Source of the DNA: Lepidodermella squamata
Taxonomy: Eukaryota > Animalia > Gastrotricha
Assembly: GCA_047495785.1 (NCBI GenBank)
Contig: JBLDXI010000028.1
Location: forward strand, 1,612,001-1,676,000
Direction of reading: 5' to 3'
Length of the DNA: 64,000 nucleotides
In this document: positions 11,198-23,521 of the stretch, piece by piece
How positions within the stretch are numbered: position 1 is the first letter of the stretch
Layout: each line of letters starts with the position of its first letter
Made by a program: the position numbers and the translations under genes
The notes under the pieces: generated by a model
Databases searched by the model: none
The model's input: the letters and a program-made list of their open reading frames with translations, nothing else
Told to the model about the DNA's origin: nothing

Positions 11198-12840
11198 ATT
11201 CATAAGGAAATAATGGATTTTGCAAAAATACAGTTCTTTGTTTCCACGGTTGCTTTGTTTCCACTCGCGTATTCACCGAATTGCCATGGTCCCGCAAAGC
11301 CTAAAGGTTGTAGGCTGAATAACATGTTAGAGAGCAGATAAAAGGAGCCTTAGTAAATACATGAGATGAACTAAATATTCCTACATACATGCGCATGGTA
11401 AAATTTAGCCATGGAGAAATTTAATTTCTCTATATGGCAACAATGAATTTCTCTATGGTAGCCAAGAATTTCTCTATGGCATGAAATTGCCACAAATTTG
11501 GGCAGCATTTAGCTCGGAATTAGCCTCTAAACCTCCTCATAACGCATTTTCCCGAGGATCGTCGGAAAGTCACAAAAACAGCGAAAACCTCAATTTTACG
11601 CACATTTTCAGGCCCGCCTGCGTTACGGCTCTGCGCGCGCTCCTATTGGCCAGCTTATTTTGAACTGAAATCAAAGGGCAATCTATGAATTTTACGTCGG
11701 CTTTTACATCAAAACGAAGTAAATTAATCAATCAAACGATTTAATATAGATTTGTTACGATTGAAATTTGAGAATGAAAAATTTTACGTGCATAATTTCT
11801 ACTTGGTGGTGCGCTCGCTTGAGGTCACCCGCCCTAATTTTTCAGTGCGCGTACAACTTTTTCCTTTTCAATTTTTCGAGCCGGAACCCTATATTCAATC
11901 AAAAGAGGATTGAGTTCTCTTCATTTTGGCATAAAAACCGACACAGGCGACTGATTTTAGTGGCTTCATGGAAGCAGCGTTCGTTTCCAGACTCGATCGA
12001 ACCAAGGCAGCTGATGATATCAGTTCCATGAATCTTGACCACTAATGCTTCGGCCAGCCGGAGGGCATGAAGATTTTGACGACGAATGACGGTTGACCAA
12101 AACTTAAGAATAGAATAATCCTTTATTTCTCAATGAATGATTATTGAAATCTTAAACATACGTATACTTGTTGAGATATCAATGTGTAATGTAAGAAAAA
12201 TGGCTTCGAATTCATTACAAATGTTAGAGTCTCTAGATTTTAGGATCAAAATGCTTATTGGCCTGACGATTTCGCTTTTTATCTTGTTCTTTGTCGATCA
12301 ACGGGGCAACTTCGTCCATCACTGCTAGAAGTCGACGTTTCTCAGGAATCCCTGAAGTCCCTGAAAATCTCCCTTTGTTATTCTCAGGAAAGAACTGTTT
12401 TCAATGCTTTCAGCATTTTGATCAGTATACAGCCAAGTCATCTTTTTCAAACGCGACTGTTTCGAAACACTGAGACACGCATCTCGCCTGTATAATGTCT
12501 GGGCCGATCGAACGATTTCAGCCACTTAACTAAAATCAAGGCAGCGCTGTTGTCGAAAGTTGATTAAAATACACACACGTGTCAATGAGACCATGCCGGA
12601 CACTAGTATTTTTTTTATGAACGGATAATGATATGGGGTTACCTTTTAATTATGGGGTCAATTCGAAAAAATCGAAATTTCACACTTCGGTTACCAATTC
12701 TAAAACGGCCATAGTTTTGAAACGGTGTGAGATAGCGGTCTGATTGTTTCAAATTTCAAATTATTGTATTCACGTTCGAGAAGTAGCAGTAGAGGGCGAT
12801 CATAAATGCATCAAATTGAAATGTTGGCGCAGTGTCGAAG

Positions 12841-14091
12841 TCAAAATTCCGAAATCGTCCTCCGAAATCGAAGCAACTACAACGATTTATTCGCCCTATT
12901 TTCGTGGGGTTGCACTGCCTCTTCTTTGATGACTTGTGGCCTCGCCCACATGCGCCAAGATAAGAAAGCCTTGGTTGTTTTCAAATGTGTCGTCATTTTC
13001 AAGAAACGATTCGTGGACCTTGCAGGACTGGCAGTGGCATTATTTTGCTATTTCGCTATAAATATTTACGCTTTATCAGTTGCGCATAATGCTAAATACA
13101 TTTACCGTAACTTGTAACTTGTAACTTGGCCGTGAAAATGACATTGTGATAATTCCCGAGAATCTTTATTCTGTGAGATGTTGTGATGAATTGACTATAA
13201 AGGCAGACCGTCAAAACAGCGTAGTCACGAAACAGCGAACGCGACAAAACAGCGAAATCAAAATTCCGAAATCGTCCTCCGAAATCGAAGCAACTACAAC
13301 GATTTATTCGCCCTATTTTCGTGGGGTTGCACTGCCTCTTCTTTGATGACTTGTGGCCTCGCCCACATGCGCCAAGATAAGAAAGCCTTGGTTGTTTTCA
13401 AATGTGTCGTCATTTTCAAGAAACGATTCGTGGACCTTGCAGGACTGGCAGTGGCATTATTTTGCTATTTCGCTATAAATATTTACGCTTTATCAGTTGC
13501 GCATAATGCTAAATACATTTACCGTAACTTGTAACTTGTAACTTGGCCGTGAAAATGACATTGTGATAATTCCCGAGAATCTTTATTCTGTGAGATGTTG
13601 TGATGAATTGACTATAAAGGCAGACCGTCAAAACAGCGTAGTCACGAAACAGCGAACGCGACAAAACAGCGAAATCAAAATTCCGAAATCGTCCTCCGAA
13701 ATCGAAGCAACTACAACGATTTATTCGCCCTATTTTCGTGGGGTTGCACTGCCTCTTCTTTGATGACTTGTGGCCTCGCCCACATGCGCCAAGATAAGAA
13801 AGCCTTGGTTGTTTTCAAATGTGTCGTCATTTTCAAGAAACGATTCGTGGACCTTGCAGGACTGGCAGTGGCATTATTTTGCTATTTCGCTATAAATATT
13901 TACGCTTTATCAGTTGCGCATAATGCTAAATACATTTACCGTAACTTGTAACTTGTAACTTGGCCGTGAAAATGACATTGTGATAATTCCCGAGAATCTT
14001 TATTCTGTGAGATGTTGTGATGAATTGACTATAAAGGCAGACCGTCAAAACAGCGTAGTCACGAAACAGCGAACGCGACAAAACAGCGAAA
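12841..14091 (+). repeat. Three tandem copies of a 417-bp unit containing the 3' end (M3-M4) of a subfamily C receptor plus transposon ends
   Basis: ORF starts recur at 13146, 13563 and 13980 (period 417). The unit contains SNYNDLFALFSWGC...SVAHNAKYI, matching 23290-23521. Confidence 0.9.
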
Positions 14092-15571
14092 TTACCACTT
14101 GCGACGTAACAGAGTGCGACGGAACAACGATTAAGGCTAAACGCGACATAACAGCGTTGAAAAGTATTATTATTACTAAAAACGCGACAAAACAGCGAAG
14201 GACGAAAACAGCTGTTGCTATTAAATAAACAGCATAGGCTAGAAAACACCGCGCGTTATTACTCAATAAATTAATTAGTTAATAATCTATACTAATCTAT
14301 TGTCTCTGTACTCTGTATACTGTCTCTTGGAGCTCGGTGGGTAGCTCGATAGATCCAGTATCAAAATGTTTTACCGTATTTTACCGCGGTCATTTATGGG
14401 TCATTTCGTTGTGTATAGGTGGATCAGATGAAATCAGATCCTCGAAAAAACTCGAATTTCGACACTGTCGCTATATGGTGATGCTAAATGATTATTTTTG
14501 TTTGACTTACAGGGTGGAATGAATCGTAATCCAATGGAATTAAAAGCAATTTTTCGTCCGTGGAATCGACGCGACTGATCGATCAGCCGTTGAAAAAAGA
14601 AAAAAAAATTGAAATCCGATCTGTTGATCAGCCACTGATAATCGATTATCGGTTACAGATACGAAAGATTTGATGTCGCCATCTTGTTCAGCGGCATTTT
14701 TTACCCTATTAATTTTGATGCACCTGTGCCTCCTTATAACGCAGTTATCGCGGAATCATTTTCGGTAGGGATTAATTAGGCGGTTTATTAGACCTTGATT
14801 GCCCTCCTATCAGCGCGGCATTTCAAATTGACAATTTCAAGTTAACCCGAAAAACCGCTTCAGCAACGACATCAACTCCAACTGAAAATGATTAGGGCGG
14901 ATTAAGTCGACTAGGCAAACAAGAGTGGTAGCGCGGTTGACCGTGCTCTATTTGCACACGCTGTGGGAGGCCCGCCGCCTGTCTCCCTCGGGCTTGGGTG
15001 TCTTTCGGTAGTGCATTGGCACCATGTTGATGACGATAAGCTGTGCGTAAGGTAGTAAAGATTAAGACGCATCGTAAAATACGCGAATGCCTTAAATTTC
15101 AATGCTGCCGTACTCTACAACAATTTGAATAAAATTTCGTTTAGTATACCTACCATATCTGGGTGAATATCATAAGTGGATATTAGCACGATGGATATTG
15201 GCCTGAAGGCTGGCTATGTAGGCCCGAGGCGCAGCCGAATGCCGGAAAAGTGACCTGAGGGACGAACATCCATCGCTGTCCACCGATGACACCCGGATAT
15301 CCGGCGTCAAAAATCATCATCAAATCATGATAATGAAAATGATCCGGCCCAAGATGCCGGGGCCACGTTGAGGTATCGTTATAGCTATTAGGTAACTTTA
15401 AACTGGAATATTGCGACGTGACATTCCAGCCTAAAATATAACGGTATGACCAAGCAAGCGCGGTAATACAGTAAAGATTGATTTAAAAGAAATCAGTTAA
15501 CTACACATCCACCTTAAATTTTAGCTCAAGACGATACATGCAGCAAGAGGCGCATCAGTTTTCCAATTAAA

Positions 15572-15605
<34 letters not shown>

Positions 15606-15800
15606 TTAAAACGCGTGTGCCGCTGTTTATAGTGTTTATGCTGTTTTGTCGCGTTCGCGCGCTCTTAGTGCGTAATATTATATATTTTGAATATTTTGCA
15701 CACTGTTCCGTGGTTTACGCTGTTTCGTCGCGTGCTGTTATTGGTTTCGCTGTTTTGTCGCGTTCGCTGTTTCGTGTCTACGCTGTTATGTCGCCGTGCC
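14036..15800. mobile_element. Nested TIR element with 8-bp target duplication (Merlin- or hAT-like)
   Basis: ACTATAAA direct repeat at 14028-14035 and 15801-15808. Imperfect long TIRs start GGCA and are built of AACAGCG subrepeats. Confidence 0.75.
15575..15606. repeat. (AAT)n microsatellite
   Basis: About 10 AAT units read directly from the sequence. Confidence 0.9.
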
Positions 15801-17079
15801 ACTATAAAAGGATTGAGAAAATGACAGTAAAAATTAACTGATAAAATGATGACCATCGATGGTCAAATTGTCGATCAGCAAATTAAAACTAGGGAAATGA
15901 AACGATTCATGAAATTAAAATAAAAAATAGCTGATAAAATGATCACATTTTCAATAATAAATTTCTTGCTAGCGGGCAGATTCCGGTATTTTCGTGAGAC
16001 CATTCCACTTGAAGCATCTTCCAACTTTTTCCCAACGTAGTTCATAGTCGTCGGTCGAGTAGTCGAAGGCAAAGAAGCCTTTTCTAATTTCCCTATCAAT
16101 TTCAGCGATTTTTCGCAGAATGGCCCTTTCCTTGTGGCCTACGTATAGCGTTCGAACACGCCGTCATCATCGTCGGGGTTTTCGAACATCCAGGCTTTCC
16201 AAGCAGAACCGGGGGCTGTTGCTGACTTGCCGCTCATCGCCATGAAGCAATGCATGTGACGAAGCTTTCGCATTTGTAAGGGAGACCAGTTACCAGTATT
16301 AACTACAACTTTATTTGAATTCATGAATTAGTTCATGAATTCATGAGTCGCGAAACCGTAAGTATTTACTGTATCAAGATTTGCCGCAGGCTCACCTTGC
16401 GTTCGGGTTGGTGCGTCTCCGCAATCGCCTTGTTGAACTCGGCCATGAATTCGGTGTCAGTTGGGGTGTTGGTCGATGCTTCAGCGAGTTTCCGCTTTTT
16501 CCCCGGAGCAGCAGCCATGAGAATGCAAAATTGTAGCTTCAAGTTGTAAAAGTTGAAGGTAAAAAATAATTAACAACGATGTAAAACGATGGAAATGATG
16601 TAGAATTTACGAAATGACGATATGACGAAGTGACTAAATGCCCTGAAAATTGAAAAGTTTCAATTTCACTGCGTTTCACGGCGCGCGACTCATTTTTGGC
16701 CACTGAACTTCGACCTGCAAAACGGCAGTATAATGCCACTTCAACCTTCACAGAATCAATTGCTTTTATCGGTCGTCGACCGGGATTTGACCAATCGATC
16801 GAGAATTGACTGGAGATGTTTTTGGTATATAGTTTAAAGCGAAACAAGTTACCGGAGACGTAAGAGGTTCAACAAATCATATTCCCGGCCAAGTTACCCC
16901 ACACCCCACACCACGGTAATTTGCTAAATTTCAATATTTAGAGAATAAATTCCGAAAACTGATCCCGAACTGATCCTCATGATGATGCCAACTTATACCT
17001 TTATATCTGATTTCGAAGAGATCTGTAATCTGTCGCTTTATTTGGCAGAAAATGCGCTATTCGATCAATCGATGCGTTA

Positions 17080-18490
17080 AGCTGGATTCACTAATGCGCG
17101 ATTTGTCGTGCGCGACAATCACGCTGTTGCACGCGACAATCGCGCCTGTGCTCACTAACTCCCGTCGCGTGTCGCAGGCGTCGAATCAGTGTCGCGCGCG
17201 ACTGTCCTGGCTACTATTCACAAAGTCGAGCTCGAAACAATGCGCACGTTGAACGGTCGGGCGCGCACGTAAACAATATAAATCGTCGCGAGCGCACGGT
17301 TTGTCGTGTAGGAATTTCGACCGGGCGACAGGCGGAAGACGTCACGAATTACTGTTGAAATCAAGCCGCGCTAGGTGACAAATTAGCGGAATTTTGAAAA
17401 AGATACTTGGATCGCGAATCGCGAATACGACGGCATACCGGTGCTACTTATATCATGTCAAACATAAGCCACAGTTCTGTCTGCAGTTATTTGGAAATTT
17501 AATGGACTAATGTTATAGTGATGTATATAAAAAAATTAAAATCTTAAGTTTCCGCGTGCGCCTGAAGAGAAAACATCATTTTATTCCCTTGCTCACATAA
17601 ATGTGCGCAAGTAGATCTTTGCCGAGGACTCCAGATAATATACGCGTGAAATAGGTTAATTAAAGATGGGAATTTCGAATACTGTATATCTACTAATTTT
17701 CGGTGGTCACTAATTTTCGGTTTGATCTTTGAATTCGGTGTTTTTGAGGAAACACCGAATTCAAAATCACCGAAAATAAATTCGGTCAATTCATTGTTCT
17801 TTTCTACAATACAGCTGTATTATGGTAAAATAGGGTAAAATGTGCCAAAATTGTGTTACCCGCAATTTTAGGTAGTAAGGATATTGGAAGTAACAGATAT
17901 TGATGCTGCTAAAGCAGCGATTATCTCCTCATAGCGTGTAAAAACACGAAATTGAAGCACTGAAATAAATTTTCAAGTGACTAATTTTGAAAAATTTTCT
18001 CAGGAGCTACTCTCAAACCGAATTCAAATCCACCGAAATTAAATGTACAGGTCCGAAATCTCCAAAACCGAAAATTAGTGACCACCGAAAATTAGTAGAT
18101 ATACAGTATCTTCGATCAAAATTCATCAGAATTGCGGTGATATACATAGATAGGTACTTACTAGGAGGATATTTTTTTAATAAATCACAACTTTTCATAA
18201 AACTGCTCATTTTGCGCCATCTCGTGAGATCTGGGGTAAAGTATTATAAAACTCACGAATTCGACGCGTAAAAAAAAGAAGAAGGTCACCCTACCGACGA
18301 TGTCACAGTTACCGGCGATGTTTCTTTTTATTACTCGGGGCGCGCTGCTCAAGACTTGTCGCGCGTTGCTATTGTATTGTGCGCGCGCGACTGTGACTAT
18401 CACGGGACCCCGCGGATTTGTAAAATTGCCACGCAAAAAAAATTTCGCGCGCGATTTTGTCGCAACTGTCGCACATTAGTGAATCCAGCT
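17080..18490. mobile_element. PIF/Harbinger-like non-autonomous element
   Basis: TIR AGCTGGATTCACTAATG(C/T)GCGA at both ends. TTA duplication at 17077-17079 and 18491-18493. Confidence 0.8.
17682..18106. mobile_element. Nested MITE with ~42-bp TIRs and TA duplication
   Basis: CTGTATATCTACTAATTTTCGGTGGTCACTAATTTTCGGTTT and its reverse complement ending at 18106, with TA flanks. Confidence 0.85.
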
Positions 18491-18493
18491 TTA

Positions 18494-19219
18494 TGGTGCT
18501 TTCACAAATGCGTCCGACGGTGAAAACTTCGGCTAGCAACTCGCAAACTTCGGTAGAGTGAAGCCAAACGTCGGAGAGCGGACGCGCGCGCGCGCGGTCG
18601 GGCGCCCGAAGTCTCTATTGTTTAGTCGCCGAAGTTGCTGGGTGTCACGCACTTGAGCGCGCATGCATGCGAGTGGCAGGGGTCAGGCAGAAAAATTTCC
18701 ATTTCAGAGTTAAAGCTGAATTCAACTAAGTAATCAGACGTGAAATGCGATGCGAATTATAAACATCTAAATTTCATCGAAAAATTATGTGATTGAGACG
18801 CATGATTTGCATATCATCAATTTTTTCTTGCCTTTTGTGGTATATTTGGAACTAATTTTCATGACTCGTCGTAATTCAAGACGACTTGAGTGTTTTACAG
18901 TCAGTCAAGCAGTCGAATGGCCGCGCGCGAGCTTACGTTTATTGGTGTGCGTGTAATAATAGTGCGCGCTACAAGCTTCGGTTCGGACGCACTTCGGACG
19001 GTAGTTTTGGGGGCCTCCGATCCGACGTTCTTTGTTGTGCGTGCGCGCGCCGCGTCGGACGCGCTATTGTTTAAACTTCGGGCGCGCGGGCCGAAGTGCG
19101 CGCGTTTGTGAAAGGAAATCTAAACGTCGGACAATTATTACGCTACTTCGGGAGCCTATTACGAAACTTCGGGCGCCGAAAACGTCGGACGCTCGTCGGA
19201 CGCATTTGTGAAAGCACCA
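18494..19219. mobile_element. Second PIF/Harbinger-like MITE abutting the first
   Basis: TIR TGGTGCTTTCACAAATGCGTCCGACG ... CGTCGGACGCATTTGTGAAAGCACCA. Left flank TTA, right flank TTC. Confidence 0.8.
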
Positions 19220-19424
19220 TTCGATTTCAGACCCGCAGATGAGACGGATCGATGGAACTGGTAGGGATGATCCCTACCATCCCTAGCGGTAGTTAGCTCT
19301 CTTGTAATATTGCTTGTTCGCAATATCCGACCTCGGCTCTCGGCTTTCAAAACTAACCATGTAGCATTATACCCTCTAGTGATTACAGCTTCATCCTTCG
19401 CAATTATAATTATAACATTGAATA

Positions 19425-20624
19425 ATGACTGTAAAATCGCTATTAATCATTTTGAAGCCAACTGAACATGCGTTTCCAATCCTCATTTCCCTAATTCTTG
19501 CATCGGAAATCAATGGCAGCCAGCAATTGTTTGATCTATCGAACGCGCGAAGTTTGGACCTAATCGCGAGGTGTAACCATTTTTCAAGTGAAGTGATGAA
19601 CCCAAACTGTAATATCAGCAAATCATTCGACTATCTGGATCATTCCTGTACGAGAACAACTATAGAAACAAATTTCATGACAAGGATGTTCTATGGAATC
19701 GATGATGTGGCTGAAACCTTCAAAGTGCACGCCGAATTTCGATTCTTGTGGTCAGTGACCTGCGAAAAATTGGGCGACTTGAACGGGACCATTTTCTATC
19801 CGAATGCAAGTCTTTTCTGGCGACCGCAATTCAGGCATGAAAATGCCATCGACGATCCAACCATGGCTCATTTACAATCCGTTTTTTATGTTGATATTCG
19901 CTCGCGACGTGTAACATTTCACATGCGGCTGAGCGGAATTTTCGAGTCATCCTGCAATATTAATCTCCGAAATTTTCCGTTCGATATGCAAAGTTGCCGG
20001 GTAATACTAAGATTGGACAACAATGCTTATGACAATGTTGTCATAACAGACGTAAAAGGCACAATTTGGAGTTTTGGGCCGTACACTAAGGATAATTGGG
20101 AAGTGATCAGAAATGGTGCCAAGCTTGTGACGCTTGTGGGCGATCTAAATCCTTATTTCTACTTCATCTTAAAACGCCGTTCGGATTTCTACATTCGGTT
20201 TCTGATAATACCGTGCGCTGTTTTGACCAACCTCCAATTCCTTTCCATTGCTATCCACGCCTCAAAGCCTTTGAGGCCAGGTTTTGCGATCACAATTCTT
20301 CTTGCTATGACGTTTCTGCGAGTTGAGATAAGTAACAGAACACCAGCTAAGCCTGGCAGGATGTTGCTAACGGATTATACACGTGGATGTGAACTTCTCA
20401 CTTTATTCATCACTCTTTATGCCTTTATAACATGCCATTTCGCGAAAAAATTCCCAAAATGGTTCAACAGCAATGTGATTGTGATTGGAAAATGGAAGCT
20501 TTCCCGAAATAGGTTATGTGACACAATCGCTTGTTCGGTAACTCTCATTGCGTTCTGTCTTTTAAATGTTTTCCTATTCGAGTATAAATTTGAGAATGAA
20601 AAAAGAGGCGAAGATACAATTTGA
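19425..20624 (+). CDS. Intronless Cys-loop LGIC-like subunit, subfamily A
   Basis: Close paralog of 8694-9863. Cys-loop CNINLRNFPFDMQSC. Confidence 0.92.
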   Translation: MTVKSLLIILKPTEHAFPILISLILASEINGSQQLFDLSNARSLDLIARCNHFSSEVMNPNCNISKSFDYLDHSCTRTTIETNFMTRMFYGIDDVAETFKVHAEFRFLWSVTCEKLGDLNGTIFYPNASLFWRPQFRHENAIDDPTMAHLQSVFYVDIRSRRVTFHMRLSGIFESSCNINLRNFPFDMQSCRVILRLDNNAYDNVVITDVKGTIWSFGPYTKDNWEVIRNGAKLVTLVGDLNPYFYFILKRRSDFYIRFLIIPCAVLTNLQFLSIAIHASKPLRPGFAITILLAMTFLRVEISNRTPAKPGRMLLTDYTRGCELLTLFITLYAFITCHFAKKFPKWFNSNVIVIGKWKLSRNRLCDTIACSVTLIAFCLLNVFLFEYKFENEKRGEDTI

Positions 20625-20876
20625 CTGAATCATTAAGCCTGATCAACATCTCTCGTAGCGTTCATCCTTTAGTTTTTCATCTCTTCAATTCGACTATGAC
20701 AATCATATTTCTGTTTGAAATTTGCACTGCCGACGTGTGAAGTCGGAAATTTGATGCATAGAGTAAACACGCCGAGCTAGTATAAATACGCTTTTGTGAT
20801 TTGAATTCTGATCTATCTGACGCCAAGCTAGCATTTAATAGTTTTTGGGATTCAAGTCTGATCCATCTTATCTGAT

Positions 20877-22016
20877 ATGCTAGTAAGTATTATTTTATCA
20901 GGTTTTTTGTTTTACGCTTCACTCTCTTCTGCAAATGAATTATCCCTGCAAAGAGCTCTAAGCCTGCTATCAAACTGTTCGAACCTCGGCCCAGAAAGTC
21001 GGAGCCCACTCTGTTTTAATTATAATGCCTCGGAAGGCTGTAGGAAATCTGCAGTGGCCAAAGTGAAATTAAGAGTCATAGCTGGTAAAGTTGAAGCTAT
21101 CGACGATCAGTTGCAGAGTTTTTCAGCATCGCTGCAGTTTAACGTGCAGTGGAAGGGCTCGTGCAATTGGCCACCTACCATTGCGAAGCTTGGCCCTAAG
21201 CACAATTTTTCTTTCCCGGTTCTTGACACTATGTTCTGGCGGCCTAAATTTATCCATCTCAACCCATCCGTCACTCACATGAGCGACAGAAGAGTCTCGC
21301 AAATGACCGTGTTAATAAGGCGTGATGAGAGCATTCGCTTTGATTGGAGCTTCAATGCCAGACTGACTTCAACTTGTAATCTCGATATTTCGTTTTTCCC
21401 GTTCGATACTCAAATTTGCGGCGTCAAACTACAAATTGTCACAGCGAAACATTATTATAAATTATTGAATGACAACATGGCAGAGATTTATAACTCTCAT
21501 CGGGTACTCGTAGACAACTGGCATATCGTCAACAGGTCGGTTGTGATCAGCAACGAAATGACTTACGAGTATATCTTCACATTTCGAAGGAATCCCGAGT
21601 TTTACATATGGAATATAATTCTACCGTTTGTTATCCTGACATCTATGGTATTCATCATTCTACTCTTGGATCCCCATCTCTCAGATCGGCCAGTTCTAGC
21701 AGTGACTATTCTTTTAGCACTGGTTTTCATGGAAGCCGACTGCTTGCAATACCTGCCATTAAAACCAGGATTTGTCATGCTGTCAGCATTCATGAAGTGC
21801 TCCGAATTTATCACTAGCATACTAACATTCTATTCCCTGGTTACTTGTGGGTTAGCTAACTCTTATCCAGATTGGTACGCCACTAGTCTGTTCGAGCATT
21901 CGCTGTTCATTATTAGAAAGGGTCGAGCCATGGATATTTCTGCTTTTATCATTGCTCTATTGGCTTATGGTGTCTCTATTACCTATTTCGTACTAATGGT
22001 CTTATCTTATGTATGA
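20877..22016 (+). CDS. Intronless Cys-loop LGIC-like subunit, subfamily B
   Basis: Close paralog of 10058-11197. Cys-loop CNLDISFFPFDTQIC. Confidence 0.92.
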   Translation: MLVSIILSGFLFYASLSSANELSLQRALSLLSNCSNLGPESRSPLCFNYNASEGCRKSAVAKVKLRVIAGKVEAIDDQLQSFSASLQFNVQWKGSCNWPPTIAKLGPKHNFSFPVLDTMFWRPKFIHLNPSVTHMSDRRVSQMTVLIRRDESIRFDWSFNARLTSTCNLDISFFPFDTQICGVKLQIVTAKHYYKLLNDNMAEIYNSHRVLVDNWHIVNRSVVISNEMTYEYIFTFRRNPEFYIWNIILPFVILTSMVFIILLLDPHLSDRPVLAVTILLALVFMEADCLQYLPLKPGFVMLSAFMKCSEFITSILTFYSLVTCGLANSYPDWYATSLFEHSLFIIRKGRAMDISAFIIALLAYGVSITYFVLMVLSYV

Positions 22017-22384
22017 ATTCATAAGAAAATAAAGGATTTTGAATAAATATAGTTCTTTGTTTCCACGGTGCTCTAAATCGCGCGTTCACCGAATTGCAAT
22101 GGTCCCGCAAAGCCTAACGGTTGTAGGCTGAATAACATGTTAGAGAGCAGGTAAGAAGCTAAGTAAATACATGAGAAGAACGAAAAATGTCTCCGTGAAT
22201 CTCAAAGGTGTTGAGAAGCCAATGTGTAATGTAAGAAAAAGGGCTTCGAATTCATTAAAGATTTTAGAGTTTCCATAGTACATATAACGAGACAGGGTTT
22301 TAGACTCTTGAAGATTCAAGATAATAGTATGTAAACTTACCTTTCACATCCATTGCAGCTCAGTTCCTCCTTTACTTCACAGAG

Positions 22385-23521
22385 ATGTCGACGCTTAAAA
22401 TAATATTCAGTTTTCTCTTGACGGTTATTTGCACAAAAGGCCAGGATTTTGGTGGAATATTTCTGCGAAATTGCTCTGATTCGATCAACCCATCACTCTA
22501 CTCGCCAACATGCCCATTAGGACGTAGTGCGGTTCCGTGCAAACCAACACTTATAGACATTGAGCTTCACCCTGACATTTTGGTTGGAATAAACGATAAC
22601 GATGAAATAATAACATTTTCCGGCCTTCTCGAAGCCGAATGGGTTTTGCCTTGTTCCAACTTCAAACTATGGACCAAGGCTCTGTTCAATGTTGACGATA
22701 CAGGGGTTTGGAAGCCTCATATGCATCACACAAATGCAGTCAGTGATTTCGTAATGAGCGATGGTTTCACAAATCAAGCTTTCATTGAATTCGATCCGAA
22801 CTCCACAGATTCTAGAATCGACATCACTTTGATTCGAGTCGGTGTTTTCTCATCTCGCTGCCCTATGGATTACACCCGGTTTCCTTTTGATAGTCAATCA
22901 TGTTCTATTGTTTTCACTGTTCAAGAAACTGCACCCGCTGTAATTCTATCAACAAGGCCGGCAAAAAATATATACTCAAAGAATTTCGCTACAGCGAATG
23001 AAGGCTGGATAGTTGAAGGTTGGTCAATCCATTCGAAATTCAGCGATCTAAATGGCAACCAGAGTAGCCTGGTTTACCAGTTCAACTTGCGGAGAAAGCC
23101 CCAGTTCTATGTCTACAATCTCATGATACCAATATTGATTTTGAGCTCACTGGAACTCGCAGCATTCATCATTCCGCCGGAAATGTCCGACCGACCTGTT
23201 TTCATGGTGACAATTCTCCTGGCCATGACTGTGCTACAGGGCGAAATATTGAATCGCGTCCCGCAGAAGCCGCATCGCATTTTTCTTAGCAATTACAACG
23301 ATTTATTCGCCCTATTTTCGTGGGGTTGCACTGCGTTTTCTTTGATGACTTGTGGCCTTGCCCACATGCGCCAGGACAAGAAAGCCTTAGTTGTTTTCAA
23401 ATGTGTTGTCATCTCCAAGAAACGATGCCTGGACCTTGCAGGTCTGACAGTGGCGTTATTTTGCTTTTTCGCTATAAATATTTACGCTTTATCAGTTGCG
23501 CATAATGCTAAATATATTTAA
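22385..23521 (+). CDS. Intronless Cys-loop LGIC-like subunit, subfamily C
   Basis: Signal peptide, VWKP, Cys-loop CPMDYTRFPFDSQSC, RRKPQFY-M1, M2 SDRPVFMVTILLAMT. Confidence 0.92.
   Translation: MSTLKIIFSFLLTVICTKGQDFGGIFLRNCSDSINPSLYSPTCPLGRSAVPCKPTLIDIELHPDILVGINDNDEIITFSGLLEAEWVLPCSNFKLWTKALFNVDDTGVWKPHMHHTNAVSDFVMSDGFTNQAFIEFDPNSTDSRIDITLIRVGVFSSRCPMDYTRFPFDSQSCSIVFTVQETAPAVILSTRPAKNIYSKNFATANEGWIVEGWSIHSKFSDLNGNQSSLVYQFNLRRKPQFYVYNLMIPILILSSLELAAFIIPPEMSDRPVFMVTILLAMTVLQGEILNRVPQKPHRIFLSNYNDLFALFSWGCTAFSLMTCGLAHMRQDKKALVVFKCVVISKKRCLDLAGLTVALFCFFAINIYALSVAHNAKYI

Larger units (their letters stand above)
13939..16916. mobile_element. TA-targeting (Tc1/mariner/pogo-like) non-autonomous element inserted at the stop codon of a subfamily C receptor relic
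   Basis: Ends TA|CCGT...GTAACTTGGCCG and CGGCCAAGTTAC...ACGG|TA. Sequence after 16917 resumes homology to 23519-23680. Confidence 0.65.

Noticed and set aside
12841-14250. CRISPR-like array
   Set aside because: The units are 417-bp identical tandem duplications without unique spacers. The short AACAGCG repeats are transposon TIR subrepeats.
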